Assembly (NCBI GenBank): GCA_013204395.1 | Contig: JABMNZ010000017.1 | Coordinates: 2,490 to 66,489, forward strand | DNA from: Parcubacteria group bacterium | Lineage (GTDB): Bacteria > Patescibacteriota > Patescibacteriia > UBA9934 > GWF2-40-263 | Direction of reading: 5' to 3' | DNA: 64,000 nt | In this document: one piece after another, positions 29,178 to 38,733 of the stretch | Layout: the number at the start of each line of letters is the position of its first letter | Numbering within the stretch: the first letter of the stretch is position 1 | Made by a program: the position numbers and the translations under genes | Notes under the pieces: generated by a model | Database searches by the model: none | Told to the model about the DNA's origin: nothing | Seen by the model: only the letters and a program-made list of their open reading frames with translations

Positions 29178-29828
29178 CTAGGCCTCACTGGGGATCCACT
29201 TTTTATGCTTTGACATGATTTCATCAAATAAATCTGACTGCAAAAACGTCCCAAGCCAAAGATGAACGTTTTTATACGGCGATGACCCTAGCCAGTCAGG
29301 TTCTACAGAAGCAAATTGTCGAACAAAGGGGAGTAGGGCCGCATCGACAAACCGCATATGATCGCCAGATAAAAACGTGCTATGAGAAAGAAGGTCATCA
29401 AGCTTCTTTATAAATACCTCACCGAGTTGTCTGTAATGTTCCTGGTTATTTTCAGGGTGACTGTTGTGATACTTATACTTGTCTAAGTGCATTTTGAATG
29501 TTGAGTCGTTTTCGTTGATCAAGTCCATGTTGGCCTCGTCCAACCAGGAGTCAGGATCATTTTTTGTCAGAGCCCACTTCATGATCTCGAGGCTTTCGTC
29601 GATAACGTATCCATCCGGAAGAACAAGCACAGGCACTGTTCCCTTGGGAGAGAATTCAATCATTGAAGATGGCTTATCCTTTAGCTCTACTTCTCGTAAC
29701 TCAACAGTCTGGCCACTTATTGCAAGAGCAAGCCTGGCACGCATGGCATAAGGGCATCTGCGAAATGAGTAGAGTATTGGAAGAGTGCCTTTCATGTGGT
29801 CGTAAATATAGATGGGGTCGTTATTCAA
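29178..29828 (-). CDS. Glutathione S-transferase-like (thioredoxin-fold N-terminal domain) protein
   Basis: N-terminal GST fold with YSFRRCPYAMRARLAL and conserved cis-Pro region TVPVLV; helical C-terminal domain. Confidence 0.55.
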   Translation of the reverse strand: MNNDPIYIYDHMKGTLPILYSFRRCPYAMRARLALAISGQTVELREVELKDKPSSMIEFSPKGTVPVLVLPDGYVIDESLEIMKWALTKNDPDSWLDEANMDLINENDSTFKMHLDKYKYHNSHPENNQEHYRQLGEVFIKKLDDLLSHSTFLSGDHMRFVDAALLPFVRQFASVEPDWLGSSPYKNVHLWLGTFLQSDLFDEIMSKHKKWIPSEA

Positions 29829-30408
29829 TCAAACAACCCAGAGCTCTCATTGCTTCGACAAGTTTGGCGGCGATTTCTTCTGGACGATCAAGTTTACCAA
29901 GAAGTGTTGTCTTTCCTTCCGTTGCCGCTACTTTGAAATCATCTGATAAGAAAAACTCTTGAGTTACGTCAAAAAGATCAGCGATGATTTTTACTCCTGC
30001 ATGGTTGCCACGTCTGATAGTCTCAAGCATGCTTATTTTTGCAAGATCTATGAGATCATCATCTTGCAGATCTTCTTTTGAGAGCTCGTATAAATCAAAG
30101 GCTTGTTGAACAGCATTGGCCGCACGCTTTTCTAGGCCACTAGCAATAGATCCTTTTGCCGCTTCTCTTGTTTCTGGCAAGGCAAGAAATTCTTTCCTTG
30201 TTTGTTCATCTAAAGCATCGAGTAAATCTACGACGTCGTGGACTTTTCCGTTTCTCACAGCAGCCGTGAGAAATTCAGCTTCGGTTCTCTTTAGCTCTGC
30301 ATTAAGTCTTCTGGCTTCGTTAAATTTTCCCTTGCCTAAGGCTTCTGTCATTGCCCGCACCTGCCCTTCTTTGACCTCGGGGGCTTCTGGACCTGAGTCA
30401 CTGTACAT
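29821..30408 (-). CDS. Hypothetical protein
   Basis: ORF only; helical, acidic. Confidence 0.35.
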   Translation of the reverse strand: MYSDSGPEAPEVKEGQVRAMTEALGKGKFNEARRLNAELKRTEAEFLTAAVRNGKVHDVVDLLDALDEQTRKEFLALPETREAAKGSIASGLEKRAANAVQQAFDLYELSKEDLQDDDLIDLAKISMLETIRRGNHAGVKIIADLFDVTQEFFLSDDFKVAATEGKTTLLGKLDRPEEIAAKLVEAMRALGCLIE

Positions 30409-30443
30409 ATCAATTGTTCTTTATTTCAATAATTAGTTCACTT

Positions 30444-30602
30444 TTATGGAGACACCCTATCAATCAATGGGGATTGCTGGAAGCCTGGGACTGGTGGTTT
30501 TGGTGGGAAGGAATCTAGTGTTCCTTTGTTACAGCCAGCACCAAGAAGGATCAGGCAGAATATAACTGTTAGTAGAACCGAGTTGTTCATTAGATATTTC
30601 AT
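30444..30602 (-). CDS. Possible small lipoprotein (52 aa), not in the ORF track
   Basis: MKYLMNNSVLLTVIFCLILLGAGC, a signal peptide plus lipobox. No clear Shine-Dalgarno. Confidence 0.3.
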   Translation of the reverse strand: MKYLMNNSVLLTVIFCLILLGAGCNKGTLDSFPPKPPVPGFQQSPLIDRVSP

Positions 30603-30655
30603 GTCAGAATGTTGTCATATATAAAAAGAGACTGCTGGAAACGGTCGCTTTTTTA

Positions 30656-31255
30656 ATGATAGTAGATCAAGAGATTGCCAGTAAGCATTTGATAGCCATG
30701 GAGCCGGTGCTGAGACAAATTGAAACGCTACAACATCTAGGAAATAAACTTTCAGGTCTCAGTAGTGTCATGACCATCGACCTCAAGAGCCTATTCCCAG
30801 AAATTGAACGGGTCGAAACAGCTAAGATAGCTATTGTCCCGCCACAGAATAGACTTGTCACATTGAATGATACAAAAGAACTGGTAAAAGAAACCCTCGA
30901 TAAAGTTAAACATTCAGCAGTTGAAGGAGTAATATCTATTTTTATAGATCCAGATAAAAGGGAGGTGTTTCGTTATCCACGGTCAGAGAACAGCTACTTC
31001 TTTAAATCAGATTCACGGATACTTCTTTTACTGTCTTTGTCCTATCAGTACACGGAGACTTATAAACTCTCCGATCGTGCAGGCTATTCTACAAATCGAT
31101 CAGTTACGACAACAATTCAAAAAATTCGAAAACAAATTTCAAAATCATTAGATGTTGATGACGACATTATCGAAGGAAGTGCGCATATAGGATACCGAAT
31201 TTCTCCAAAATTTAGGATACTACTTGTAACCGATTTTAAGGAATACGGTGCATAA
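30656..31255 (+). CDS. Putative winged-helix (OmpR/PhoB C-terminal-like) DNA-binding protein
   Basis: C-terminal TIQKIRKQISKSL...IIEGSAHIGYRIS resembles the Trans_reg_C wing (..vrGvGYrl). No receiver domain. Confidence 0.4.
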   Translation: MIVDQEIASKHLIAMEPVLRQIETLQHLGNKLSGLSSVMTIDLKSLFPEIERVETAKIAIVPPQNRLVTLNDTKELVKETLDKVKHSAVEGVISIFIDPDKREVFRYPRSENSYFFKSDSRILLLLSLSYQYTETYKLSDRAGYSTNRSVTTTIQKIRKQISKSLDVDDDIIEGSAHIGYRISPKFRILLVTDFKEYGA

Positions 31256-31286
31256 ACTTTTTTTTTGTTATCCACAGCCCGAGAAT

Positions 31287-31311
31287 ACCGCTAAGAACAG
31301 CGGTTTTTTTA
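31287..31311 (+). terminator. Rho-independent terminator
   Basis: accgct-aagaac-agcggt followed by ttttttt. Confidence 0.55.
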
Positions 31312-31323
31312 TTATCCATCTGC

Positions 31324-32667
31324 ATGATGATCTATATACGGTGCATCAGCCTTTTTGATGTAATTGAAATAGGTAATTCATTAAAAAAAGACATTATGCA
31401 ACAAGATATCAAGATCCAATACGTTCCGATCACAAGTCTTAAATCAGCCGAATATAACCCTCGCTCCTGGGACGATTCAGCTAAAGAAAAGCTCAAAGCG
31501 AGCATTAAGCAACACGGTTTTTGCGATCCTGTGATCGTGAATAGTTCACTGGAGCGGAAGAATATCATCGTTGGTGGTCACTTTAGTACTGAATGCGCGA
31601 AGGAGCTTGGTTTTACAGAAGTTCCTGTCGTTTACGTTGAGTTAACACTAGAGCAAGAGAAGGCTCTCAACTTAAGATTAAATCGTGTTTCTGGAAGTTG
31701 GGATTTTGAACTCTTGAAAGAATTCGATATTGATCTTCTTCTTGATGTCGGGTTTGACGACACAGATCTTTCCAATATTTGGGACGATATTCTGTCGATC
31801 GAAGACGATGACTTTGATGTTGAAGGAGCTGTAGATGAAATAAAAGAACCAACAACTAAACTTGGTGATCATTATCAGCTTGGAAATCACAGGCTTCACT
31901 GCGCGGACTCGACAGATTTGGAGTCTGTGAAACGACTTGTAGGTGATCAGAAAATTGACATGGTTTTTTGTGACCCTGTCTACAATATTGGATTCAGTTA
32001 TAAAGACGGACTGACGACGAAAGGAAAATATGGAGGTAAAGCAAATGACACGAAATCAGATGAGGATTATCGGAACTTCATCAAAGCTTCGATGGAGAAC
32101 GCTCTGTCTGTAGCAAAACCTGATGCTCATGTCTTCTATTGGTGCGATCAGAAATACATTGGGCTTATGCAGTCGCTGTATGCAGAACTTGGCGTTGCGA
32201 ATAAGCGTGTGTGTATGTGGATCAAGAATAATTTCAACATGACACCTCACATCGCTTTCAACAAAGCGTACGAGCCATGTGTGTATGGAACGATCGGGTC
32301 GCCTTATCTTAATCCTGACGTCACAAACATTCATGAAATCGTGAATAAGGAGGTTGCTTCTGGGAATCGGTGCCTTTCAGACATTATCGACTTATTCGAT
32401 ATTTGGCTCGCTAAACGAGATAACGGAAATGAGTACGAGCATCCGACGCAAAAGCCGTTAACGCTTTGTGAGAAGCCCTTGAGGCGTTGTACGAAGCCAG
32501 GGGACAACGTCCTAGACTCTTTCGGTGGTGGCGGTAGTGTGTTGTTGAGCTGTGAGCAGATGAAGCGGAAGGCATTTTTGATAGATATAGATCCGATTTT
32601 CTGTGATGTGATAATTCGCAGGTTCGAGGAGATGACCGGAATCAAGGCTATTAAAATTAACGACTAA
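31324..32667 (+). CDS. ParB-like nuclease N-terminal domain fused to N4/N6 DNA methyltransferase (phage/plasmid-type orphan MTase)
   Basis: ParB-N region (DPVIVNS...IIVGGH) followed by motif IV DPVY and motif I FGGGGS in a beta-class MTase. The true start may be the ATG at 31396. Confidence 0.7.
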   Translation: MMIYIRCISLFDVIEIGNSLKKDIMQQDIKIQYVPITSLKSAEYNPRSWDDSAKEKLKASIKQHGFCDPVIVNSSLERKNIIVGGHFSTECAKELGFTEVPVVYVELTLEQEKALNLRLNRVSGSWDFELLKEFDIDLLLDVGFDDTDLSNIWDDILSIEDDDFDVEGAVDEIKEPTTKLGDHYQLGNHRLHCADSTDLESVKRLVGDQKIDMVFCDPVYNIGFSYKDGLTTKGKYGGKANDTKSDEDYRNFIKASMENALSVAKPDAHVFYWCDQKYIGLMQSLYAELGVANKRVCMWIKNNFNMTPHIAFNKAYEPCVYGTIGSPYLNPDVTNIHEIVNKEVASGNRCLSDIIDLFDIWLAKRDNGNEYEHPTQKPLTLCEKPLRRCTKPGDNVLDSFGGGGSVLLSCEQMKRKAFLIDIDPIFCDVIIRRFEEMTGIKAIKIND

Positions 32668-32670
32668 ACT

Positions 32671-33423
32671 ATGGATATCAAAACCGGAGATATTATCAGG
32701 CTTGGAGATCACTATCTTTTCTGCGGAGATTCAACAAAACGAGAGAGTGTAGAAAAGCTACTGAAGGACAGAGAGATCGATTTAATCCTGACAGATCCTC
32801 CGTACGGAGTGGCCTACGTTGAAAGTAAGGAAGGTTTTACACAAACGATCGCAAAACCGAAAATCATTAAAGGTGACGAGATTCAAACGGAGGCGAATTA
32901 TCGGAGCTTCACTTGTGCGTGGCTCACGCAGGCTCAGCCTTTCATGGCAAACAAAAACTCTGTCTACATCTTCAACTCGGACAAGATGGTCTTTGCTCTG
33001 CGTGAAGGTTTCCTGCAGGCTGGATTCAGATTCACACAACTCCTTATTTGGGCAAAGACTCACGCGGTGGTGGGGAGGATGGATTACTTGCCTCAGCACG
33101 AACTAATTATGTACGGCTGGTATGGCACGCATAAGTTCCATAAGTCTAAAGATAAATCCGTACTCATATATCCAAAACCAAACAAATCGAAATGGCATCC
33201 TACAATGAAACCTATTGGTTTACTTCGGAGGATGATTCTGAATAGCTCAAAGGTGGGTGACACGGTTTACGATCCCTTTGGAGGGAGCGGATCAACCCTT
33301 TTGGCATGCGAGCATACGAACCGTAGGTGCGTCATGATAGAGATCGATTTAGAGTATTGCCAAACGATCGTGATGCTTTGGGAGATGTTTACTAAGCAGA
33401 AAGCAGAAAAGGTCTATGAATGA
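32671..33423 (+). CDS. N4/N6 DNA methyltransferase (beta class)
   Basis: Motif IV DPPYG, then motif I DPFGGSGST; C-terminal ..IEID.. region. Confidence 0.75.
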   Translation: MDIKTGDIIRLGDHYLFCGDSTKRESVEKLLKDREIDLILTDPPYGVAYVESKEGFTQTIAKPKIIKGDEIQTEANYRSFTCAWLTQAQPFMANKNSVYIFNSDKMVFALREGFLQAGFRFTQLLIWAKTHAVVGRMDYLPQHELIMYGWYGTHKFHKSKDKSVLIYPKPNKSKWHPTMKPIGLLRRMILNSSKVGDTVYDPFGGSGSTLLACEHTNRRCVMIEIDLEYCQTIVMLWEMFTKQKAEKVYE

Positions 33424-33865
33424 ACATATCCCATCACCGTATCCTGCGGTGGCAGAACGACAGGATAAGCAAAAAGAGCTTGTTATTGAACAGCTAAAGA
33501 AAACGCCGATCATTCAGATTGTGTGCGAGAAGGTTGGAATATCACGCGCGACATTCTACAGATGGAAACAAGACGACCTGGTATTCGCAGATGCACTTGA
33601 ACATGCAATCTTTATGGGCGTTGAGCTTGTAAACGACATGGCAGAGTCACAGTTATTGTCGGCGATTCGTGATCAGAATATGACAGCCATTATCTTCTGG
33701 CTGAAGCATCGACACCGATCATACGGGACACGCGTTTCGTTGGATGCCAATCTAAACGTAAACAGAAGCTTGAGTACAGAGGAGCAAGAGACAATCAAGA
33801 AGGCTTTAAGTCTCGCGAAATTAATTCCTGAAAGCATTGCGTATGACGAACAAGAAACTGAGTGA
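33416..33865 (+). CDS. Putative terminase small subunit (HTH protein)
   Basis: HTH (VGISRATFYRWKQ) immediately upstream of and overlapping the terminase large subunit gene. Confidence 0.45.
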   Translation: MNEHIPSPYPAVAERQDKQKELVIEQLKKTPIIQIVCEKVGISRATFYRWKQDDLVFADALEHAIFMGVELVNDMAESQLLSAIRDQNMTAIIFWLKHRHRSYGTRVSLDANLNVNRSLSTEEQETIKKALSLAKLIPESIAYDEQETE

Positions 33866-35330
33866 TCAGATACTGCAGGACAAAGGTATCCGTACAGGGC
33901 TGACAACGGGAAGTCATATGTGGTTCTTTCATACCTATATCAGCGATTATGTGCAGTATCCGACGGCGCCATTTCAGAGACAGTTCTTTGATATCACCGA
34001 AGACACCTCAACCAAGCTCGTCGTCTTAACAGCGTTTCGTGGATCGGCGAAGTCTACAATATTCACTATGTCGTATCCGATTTGGGCGATTCTTGGAAAA
34101 CAGCAGAAGAAATTCGTTTTGATTTTGTCGCAGACTCAGTCGCAGGTAAAAATGCATCTTGCAAACTTAAAGCGTGAGCTTGAGTCAAATAGATTGTTGC
34201 GCCAAGACCTGGGACCATTCGAAGAGCAAGATGAGGAATGGAGTTCTGGAACGATTGTACTTCCGAAGTATGGAGCACGCATCACCGCGCTCTCTATGGA
34301 GCAAGGAGTTCGAGGATTGCGCCACGGGTCGCATCGTCCCGATATTATCATCTGTGACGACATCGATGACATATCATCTGTAAAGACAAAAGATTCACGG
34401 GATAAAGTGTGTAACTGGTTTTTGGGCGATGTCGTCCCAGCAGGAGACACGGATACGCGCATTATTGTTGTTGGTAACTTGTTGCACGAGGATTCGCTGA
34501 TGATGAGGTTGAAAAATCAAATTGAATCAGATCAACTGGATGGATCGTTCTTTTCGTTTCCCATTGTAGATGAGATAGATAAGCCTATCTGGCCAGGAAA
34601 ATTTAGGAAGCCAGAAGATCTCTTGAATCTGAAGAGGAAAATCGGGAACGAGGTCGTATGGCAACGGGAGTATATGCTTCGCATAATATCCAATACAGAT
34701 CGCGTAGTGCATCCCGAATGGATTCAATTTTATGACGAGTTACCAAAGCTCGCTGGAAATGTTGAACTGCGAGGGATCTATAGCGGGGTGGATCTGGCTA
34801 TCTCTGAAAAGACATCAGCTGATTACACCGCGATAGTCACTGTTGCCGTTTACGTTGTCGACAAGGAAGTTAAAATCTACGTCTTCCCAAACCCAGTGAA
34901 TCAACGACTGACATTTCCGAAAACTGTAGAACGCATAAAGATGCTTTACGACAACATCCATGAGAGTAATAGTAGAAACAAGATCTATATTGAGGATGTT
35001 GGATATCAGAAAGCCCTCATACAGCAACTTGAAATGGAGCGCTTGCCCGTTGAAGGCGTCGGGGTTGGCGGTACAGACAAAAGATCCCGCATCGCGCTCA
35101 CAAGCCCACATATCGAGTCTGGAAAGGTTTTATTCCCCAAGAAGGGGTGTAAAGATCTGATCATGCAGTTAGTCGATTTTGGTGCGGAAAAAAATGACGA
35201 TTTGGCTGATGCATTTTCCATGGTAATTAATAAGGCTGTCACAATAAAATACTGCACATTCGGAATCTGGGACTTGAATCAGGATGTAGGACCCATGATT
35301 GTTGGAGACATTATGAATAGAAGGTTCTAG
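33837..35330 (+). CDS. Phage terminase large subunit
   Basis: Terminase Walker A (AFRGSAKST), Walker B (IIICDDIDD), C-terminal RNaseH-like nuclease (GVDLAISEKTSADYTAIV). Confidence 0.75.
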   Translation: MRMTNKKLSDQILQDKGIRTGLTTGSHMWFFHTYISDYVQYPTAPFQRQFFDITEDTSTKLVVLTAFRGSAKSTIFTMSYPIWAILGKQQKKFVLILSQTQSQVKMHLANLKRELESNRLLRQDLGPFEEQDEEWSSGTIVLPKYGARITALSMEQGVRGLRHGSHRPDIIICDDIDDISSVKTKDSRDKVCNWFLGDVVPAGDTDTRIIVVGNLLHEDSLMMRLKNQIESDQLDGSFFSFPIVDEIDKPIWPGKFRKPEDLLNLKRKIGNEVVWQREYMLRIISNTDRVVHPEWIQFYDELPKLAGNVELRGIYSGVDLAISEKTSADYTAIVTVAVYVVDKEVKIYVFPNPVNQRLTFPKTVERIKMLYDNIHESNSRNKIYIEDVGYQKALIQQLEMERLPVEGVGVGGTDKRSRIALTSPHIESGKVLFPKKGCKDLIMQLVDFGAEKNDDLADAFSMVINKAVTIKYCTFGIWDLNQDVGPMIVGDIMNRRF

Positions 35331-35383
35331 CAACCTACCTAAAATGTAGGGCCTAGACTTACCCCACCGTAGCGGTATGTTGT

Positions 35384-36679
35384 GTGCATATGGAAGGTCT
35401 CGAAACAACTGCACTACATTACGTCTTATACGCGCGAAAATCGTCCGAAGCAGAGGAGAGACAGGCTTTGTCGATAGAGTCGCAGGTTAAGGAGATTTCA
35501 GCCTTTGCAGAGCAACAGGGGCTCACAATCGTGGAGATAAAGAGAGAAAGCCATTCCGCAAAGGATACAGGGCAGAGGAAGGTGTTTAACTCCATGATCC
35601 AAGGTCTTAGAGACGGCAAGTACCAGGGAATCGTCACATGGGCACCAGACAGGTTGAGTCGCAACGCAGGCGATCTTGGAGCGCTGGTTGACCTTATGGA
35701 CAGCAAGAAGCTTCAACAGATCAGAACACCAAGCCAGATGTTCACCAACTCTCCGAGCGACAAATTCCTGCTCATGATCCTGTGCTCGCAGGCCAAGCTC
35801 GAGAATGATAATAAGAGTGTGAATGTGAAGCGCGGACTACGTGCCAAGTGCGAGTTGGGTGTGCGTCCAGGCGTTGCGCCGCTTGGGTATCTTAACAATC
35901 CAAATCAGACAAAGGGACAAAGGAAGATAAATCTAGATCCAGAACGCGCGCATGTCATAAAAGAAATGTTCGAGCTAGTTGCAGAGCATGGATACAGTGG
36001 GCGCGACTTGTTCGTGTGGATCAATAAGGAAACGGGAATGCGTACACGTGGTGGAAAGAAGGTGTCGCTAAGTTCGATCTACCGCATGCTAAACACGCCG
36101 TTTTACTACGGTGAGTTTGAGTACCCACGAGGTGGGGGAGTATGGTACAAGGGCGACCACGATCCGTTAATATCAAAAGAGTTATTCGAGAAAGTACAGA
36201 AGCATTTAGACATACCGACTCGCGAAAAGAAAAGGTCTCACACGTTCAACTACACAAGGCTCATACGTTGCGGGGACTGCGGGTCGTTTGTGTCTGCTGA
36301 TCAAAAAATTAAGACATTAAAGTCTGGTGAGCAAAAGCATTACATCTATTACAGATGCTCTCGTGGTCGCGATCGTTTCTGCGCTCAGCCTCCGATCACA
36401 GAGGATGATCTTGTCGGCGAGATGTACAAAGTCTTCGATCAAATTAAGCTGGATGAAAAGAAACTCACACAAAATCTCAAGCGTGAGTTTCTTAAATACC
36501 GAAACTTCATGAGGGATGTATTCGGAGCAGAAGTTGCGCGTCAAAGCGATGACAAGCTGAATGTGAATGCGTACGCGCAGTACTTGCTCAAGACAGGATC
36601 GCGCGAGGAAAAGCGGGAGTTGCTTAAAAGCCTAGAAACTAAGCTCGTTCTTCAGAGTAGATGTCTAAATATCCCTTGA
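35384..36679 (+). CDS. Large serine recombinase (phage integrase-type)
   Basis: Resolvase catalytic domain with YARKSS catalytic Ser, a recombinase domain, a C-terminal zinc ribbon (CGDCGS...YYRCS) and coiled-coil. Confidence 0.8.
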   Translation: MHMEGLETTALHYVLYARKSSEAEERQALSIESQVKEISAFAEQQGLTIVEIKRESHSAKDTGQRKVFNSMIQGLRDGKYQGIVTWAPDRLSRNAGDLGALVDLMDSKKLQQIRTPSQMFTNSPSDKFLLMILCSQAKLENDNKSVNVKRGLRAKCELGVRPGVAPLGYLNNPNQTKGQRKINLDPERAHVIKEMFELVAEHGYSGRDLFVWINKETGMRTRGGKKVSLSSIYRMLNTPFYYGEFEYPRGGGVWYKGDHDPLISKELFEKVQKHLDIPTREKKRSHTFNYTRLIRCGDCGSFVSADQKIKTLKSGEQKHYIYYRCSRGRDRFCAQPPITEDDLVGEMYKVFDQIKLDEKKLTQNLKREFLKYRNFMRDVFGAEVARQSDDKLNVNAYAQYLLKTGSREEKRELLKSLETKLVLQSRCLNIP

Positions 36680-36778
36680 AAACAGCTTGTTTTAGAGGTA
36701 TGGTGGTTGACAGAAGTCCATTTTTCTGCTACATTTAGCCGTTGTTCTTTACTATCTATCAAGTTCCAATATCTCTTG

Positions 36779-36822
36779 AGAGTGGCGTTTTGCAGTTAGT
36801 GCAGACTTCAAAACGCCACTCT
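36779..36822. repeat. Perfect 14-bp inverted repeat with 16-nt spacer between recombinase and DGR target
   Basis: agagtggcgttttg ... caaaacgccactct. Confidence 0.4.
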
Positions 36823-36902
36823 TAATGAACAAAGGCAGGTTTCCGTGAGCGCATAGGGTGCGAACGGTGGCTAGTCGGAGTTGGCACAAGGAGGCAGGTC
36901 TT

Positions 36903-37730
36903 ATGGCCGGTCCCGATCCTGACCAGAACGCTGAGTTCTGGCGTCGTTTTCGCCGCTTCGGCGGCACCGATCCTACCATGAAGGAGCTCCTCGGAGACGA
37001 TGAGCTCATGGAGTGGTGGATCACGTCGCTCAACGAGCGACGCAACTCCAACCCGTTCGAGATCTCTGTGAAGGAGTCCCTCGATCGTCTGCGAGCCGCC
37101 TACGACGACACCTTCTGTCCGCTGGGCGCGAAGGAGCCGACGTCTTCGGAGCTCACTCACCTCGAGCGTATGGCGCCCAACTGGCCCAAGGGCAAAGACG
37201 CCTTCCGCAGCTTCCAGGTGCGGCCGGCGGCCTTCGGCGAGGGTCGCGATGGGGTCATCAATACCTTCGAGGCGACCTGCGCGAGCGTCAAGCTCATCCA
37301 CGACCCCAAGTTCTGGCGATGGGAGTTGCTCCTCTCGGGAGCGCATCCGTACCAGGGCGAGGACGTGGAACGCCTGCGACTACTGGGCGGCAACGAGCGC
37401 CACACTCCGGGGGTCTGCTGGGTCACCTTCAATCTGTCGGAGGGTCGGCAGCGCGCCGATGTCACGTCCGTGCGAAGCGGTCGGTCACTCTCGGACGCCG
37501 GGATCTTCGCTGCGCGGATGTTCCCGGATCGCGCCAAGGCGATCGACTACGAGAAGAAGCCGGCTTGGTTCTGTGCTGGCTACGAGTTGAACGTCCCCGA
37601 GCGCGCTGATGAGCCGTGGCAGTACGTGCCCTGCGTGCACCGCAACGTGCGCTACGGCACGGTGCCCCTGCGCGCCCACTGGCGCGGCGATGCCAACTCG
37701 CGCTACTCGGTGCCCTCCGTCGGGGAGTAG
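36903..37730 (+). CDS. DGR target protein carrying the C-terminal variable repeat (VR); G+C-rich islet gene 4
   Basis: AAGGAGG Shine-Dalgarno 8 nt before the ATG at 36903; the ORF is open from 36858. Its last ~130 nt match the downstream template repeat except at template adenines. Confidence 0.7.
   Translation: MAGPDPDQNAEFWRRFRRFGGTDPTMKELLGDDELMEWWITSLNERRNSNPFEISVKESLDRLRAAYDDTFCPLGAKEPTSSELTHLERMAPNWPKGKDAFRSFQVRPAAFGEGRDGVINTFEATCASVKLIHDPKFWRWELLLSGAHPYQGEDVERLRLLGGNERHTPGVCWVTFNLSEGRQRADVTSVRSGRSLSDAGIFAARMFPDRAKAIDYEKKPAWFCAGYELNVPERADEPWQYVPCVHRNVRYGTVPLRAHWRGDANSRYSVPSVGE
37592..37724 (+). repeat. DGR variable repeat (VR)
   Basis: About 133 nt, matching 38161-38293 with roughly 18 mismatches, all at positions where the other copy has A. 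Confidence 0.8.
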
Positions 37731-37862
37731 GCACTGGGAACTTGAACGCTTTGCGCTCGGAGGTTCTTGGGACTTGTCTCTTGACCCTTCGTTCGCGAAG
37801 CGAACTCGCCACGAAAAAGCGCACGCGCTCTACGTGGCACTGCGGCATCTGGAAAACGCTCA

Positions 37863-37897
37863 ATAGAAGAGTGTCACTCCCAGGTGCCGCTCTTCTA
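37863..37897 (+). terminator. Hairpin downstream of the DGR target gene
   Basis: atagaagag ... ctcttctat (9-bp stem, 17-nt loop) followed by tttcaa. Confidence 0.3.
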
Positions 37898-38160
37898 TTT
37901 CAACAATCTTTGATAAACTAGTAGTGGAAAGTAGGTCAGTGAGCCCGTGTTTAAGAATACTGGTCACCGAAATCTCTTGTTTCCCAATATACCGGCAGAG
38001 TTTCATTGTTCACGGATAATGAAAGTGTACGGTGGGACTAACAAGCACTCCGCATTTCATCTTGGAATCAACCTTCAGTGAAGGAGTGAGTTCCGCATAA
38101 AATTCAGAAGTCGGATGCGTCTGACTTTGGTGTCATGGAAGGGTGAAGTGTAAAGTGAGG

Positions 38161-38293
38161 CGTCCCCGAGAACGATAATGAGCCGTGGCAGAACGTGCCC
38201 TGCGTGAACCGCAACGTGAACAACGGCACGGTGAACCTGAACGCCAACTGGCGCAGCAATGCCAACTCGAACTACTCGGTGCCCTCCGTCGGG
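38161..38293 (+). repeat. DGR template repeat (TR)
   Basis: Non-coding copy of the VR that is enriched in AAC triplets; every VR/TR difference maps to a TR adenine. Confidence 0.8.
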
Positions 38294-38339
38294 AGTTCTT
38301 GTGTAGCAAAGAAGCGCTCTATCGCGCTTCTTTGTCTTC

Positions 38340-38714
38340 CTAGTTCTTTTTGAGATCCTCCTGAGTGCGTTTGATCCAGCCACCTAGCATCTTTCCTGTT
38401 TCAATAAGTCTGGACTCAATGTGGAGATATTGATTGTTCCCAATGCACTTGCAGTCCTTGGATAGTCGTACAAGGAGTTTAGTAAGATCAAGTTTTGCGC
38501 TTGCTTGTTGCAGAGTCGTTAGCTTCTCCTGGTCTTTGGTACTTGCGCTGGCGGTAAGGACCAATTCAAGCACCGTCAGAGCATGAAGCGAGACGCGTTC
38601 ACCCAAAGTGTATCGTTGTACTTTTGGAAACTTTACTATGATCTCATTCCACTCAGCATAAATATCGTATAGCGTATGAGCAATTGGGATATCACCAGGA
38701 CCGCCTCTGAGCAA
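38340..38714 (-). CDS. avd: Avd-like DGR accessory protein (four-helix-bundle, 23S-rRNA-IVS protein family)
   Basis: Family-typical segments (VKFPKVQRYTLGERVSLHAL ... GKMLGGWIKR). TTG start. Lies between TR and RT on the opposite strand. Confidence 0.7.
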   Translation of the reverse strand: MLRGGPGDIPIAHTLYDIYAEWNEIIVKFPKVQRYTLGERVSLHALTVLELVLTASASTKDQEKLTTLQQASAKLDLTKLLVRLSKDCKCIGNNQYLHIESRLIETGKMLGGWIKRTQEDLKKN

Positions 38715-38733
38715 CTTTCGATCTTTCCTAATA

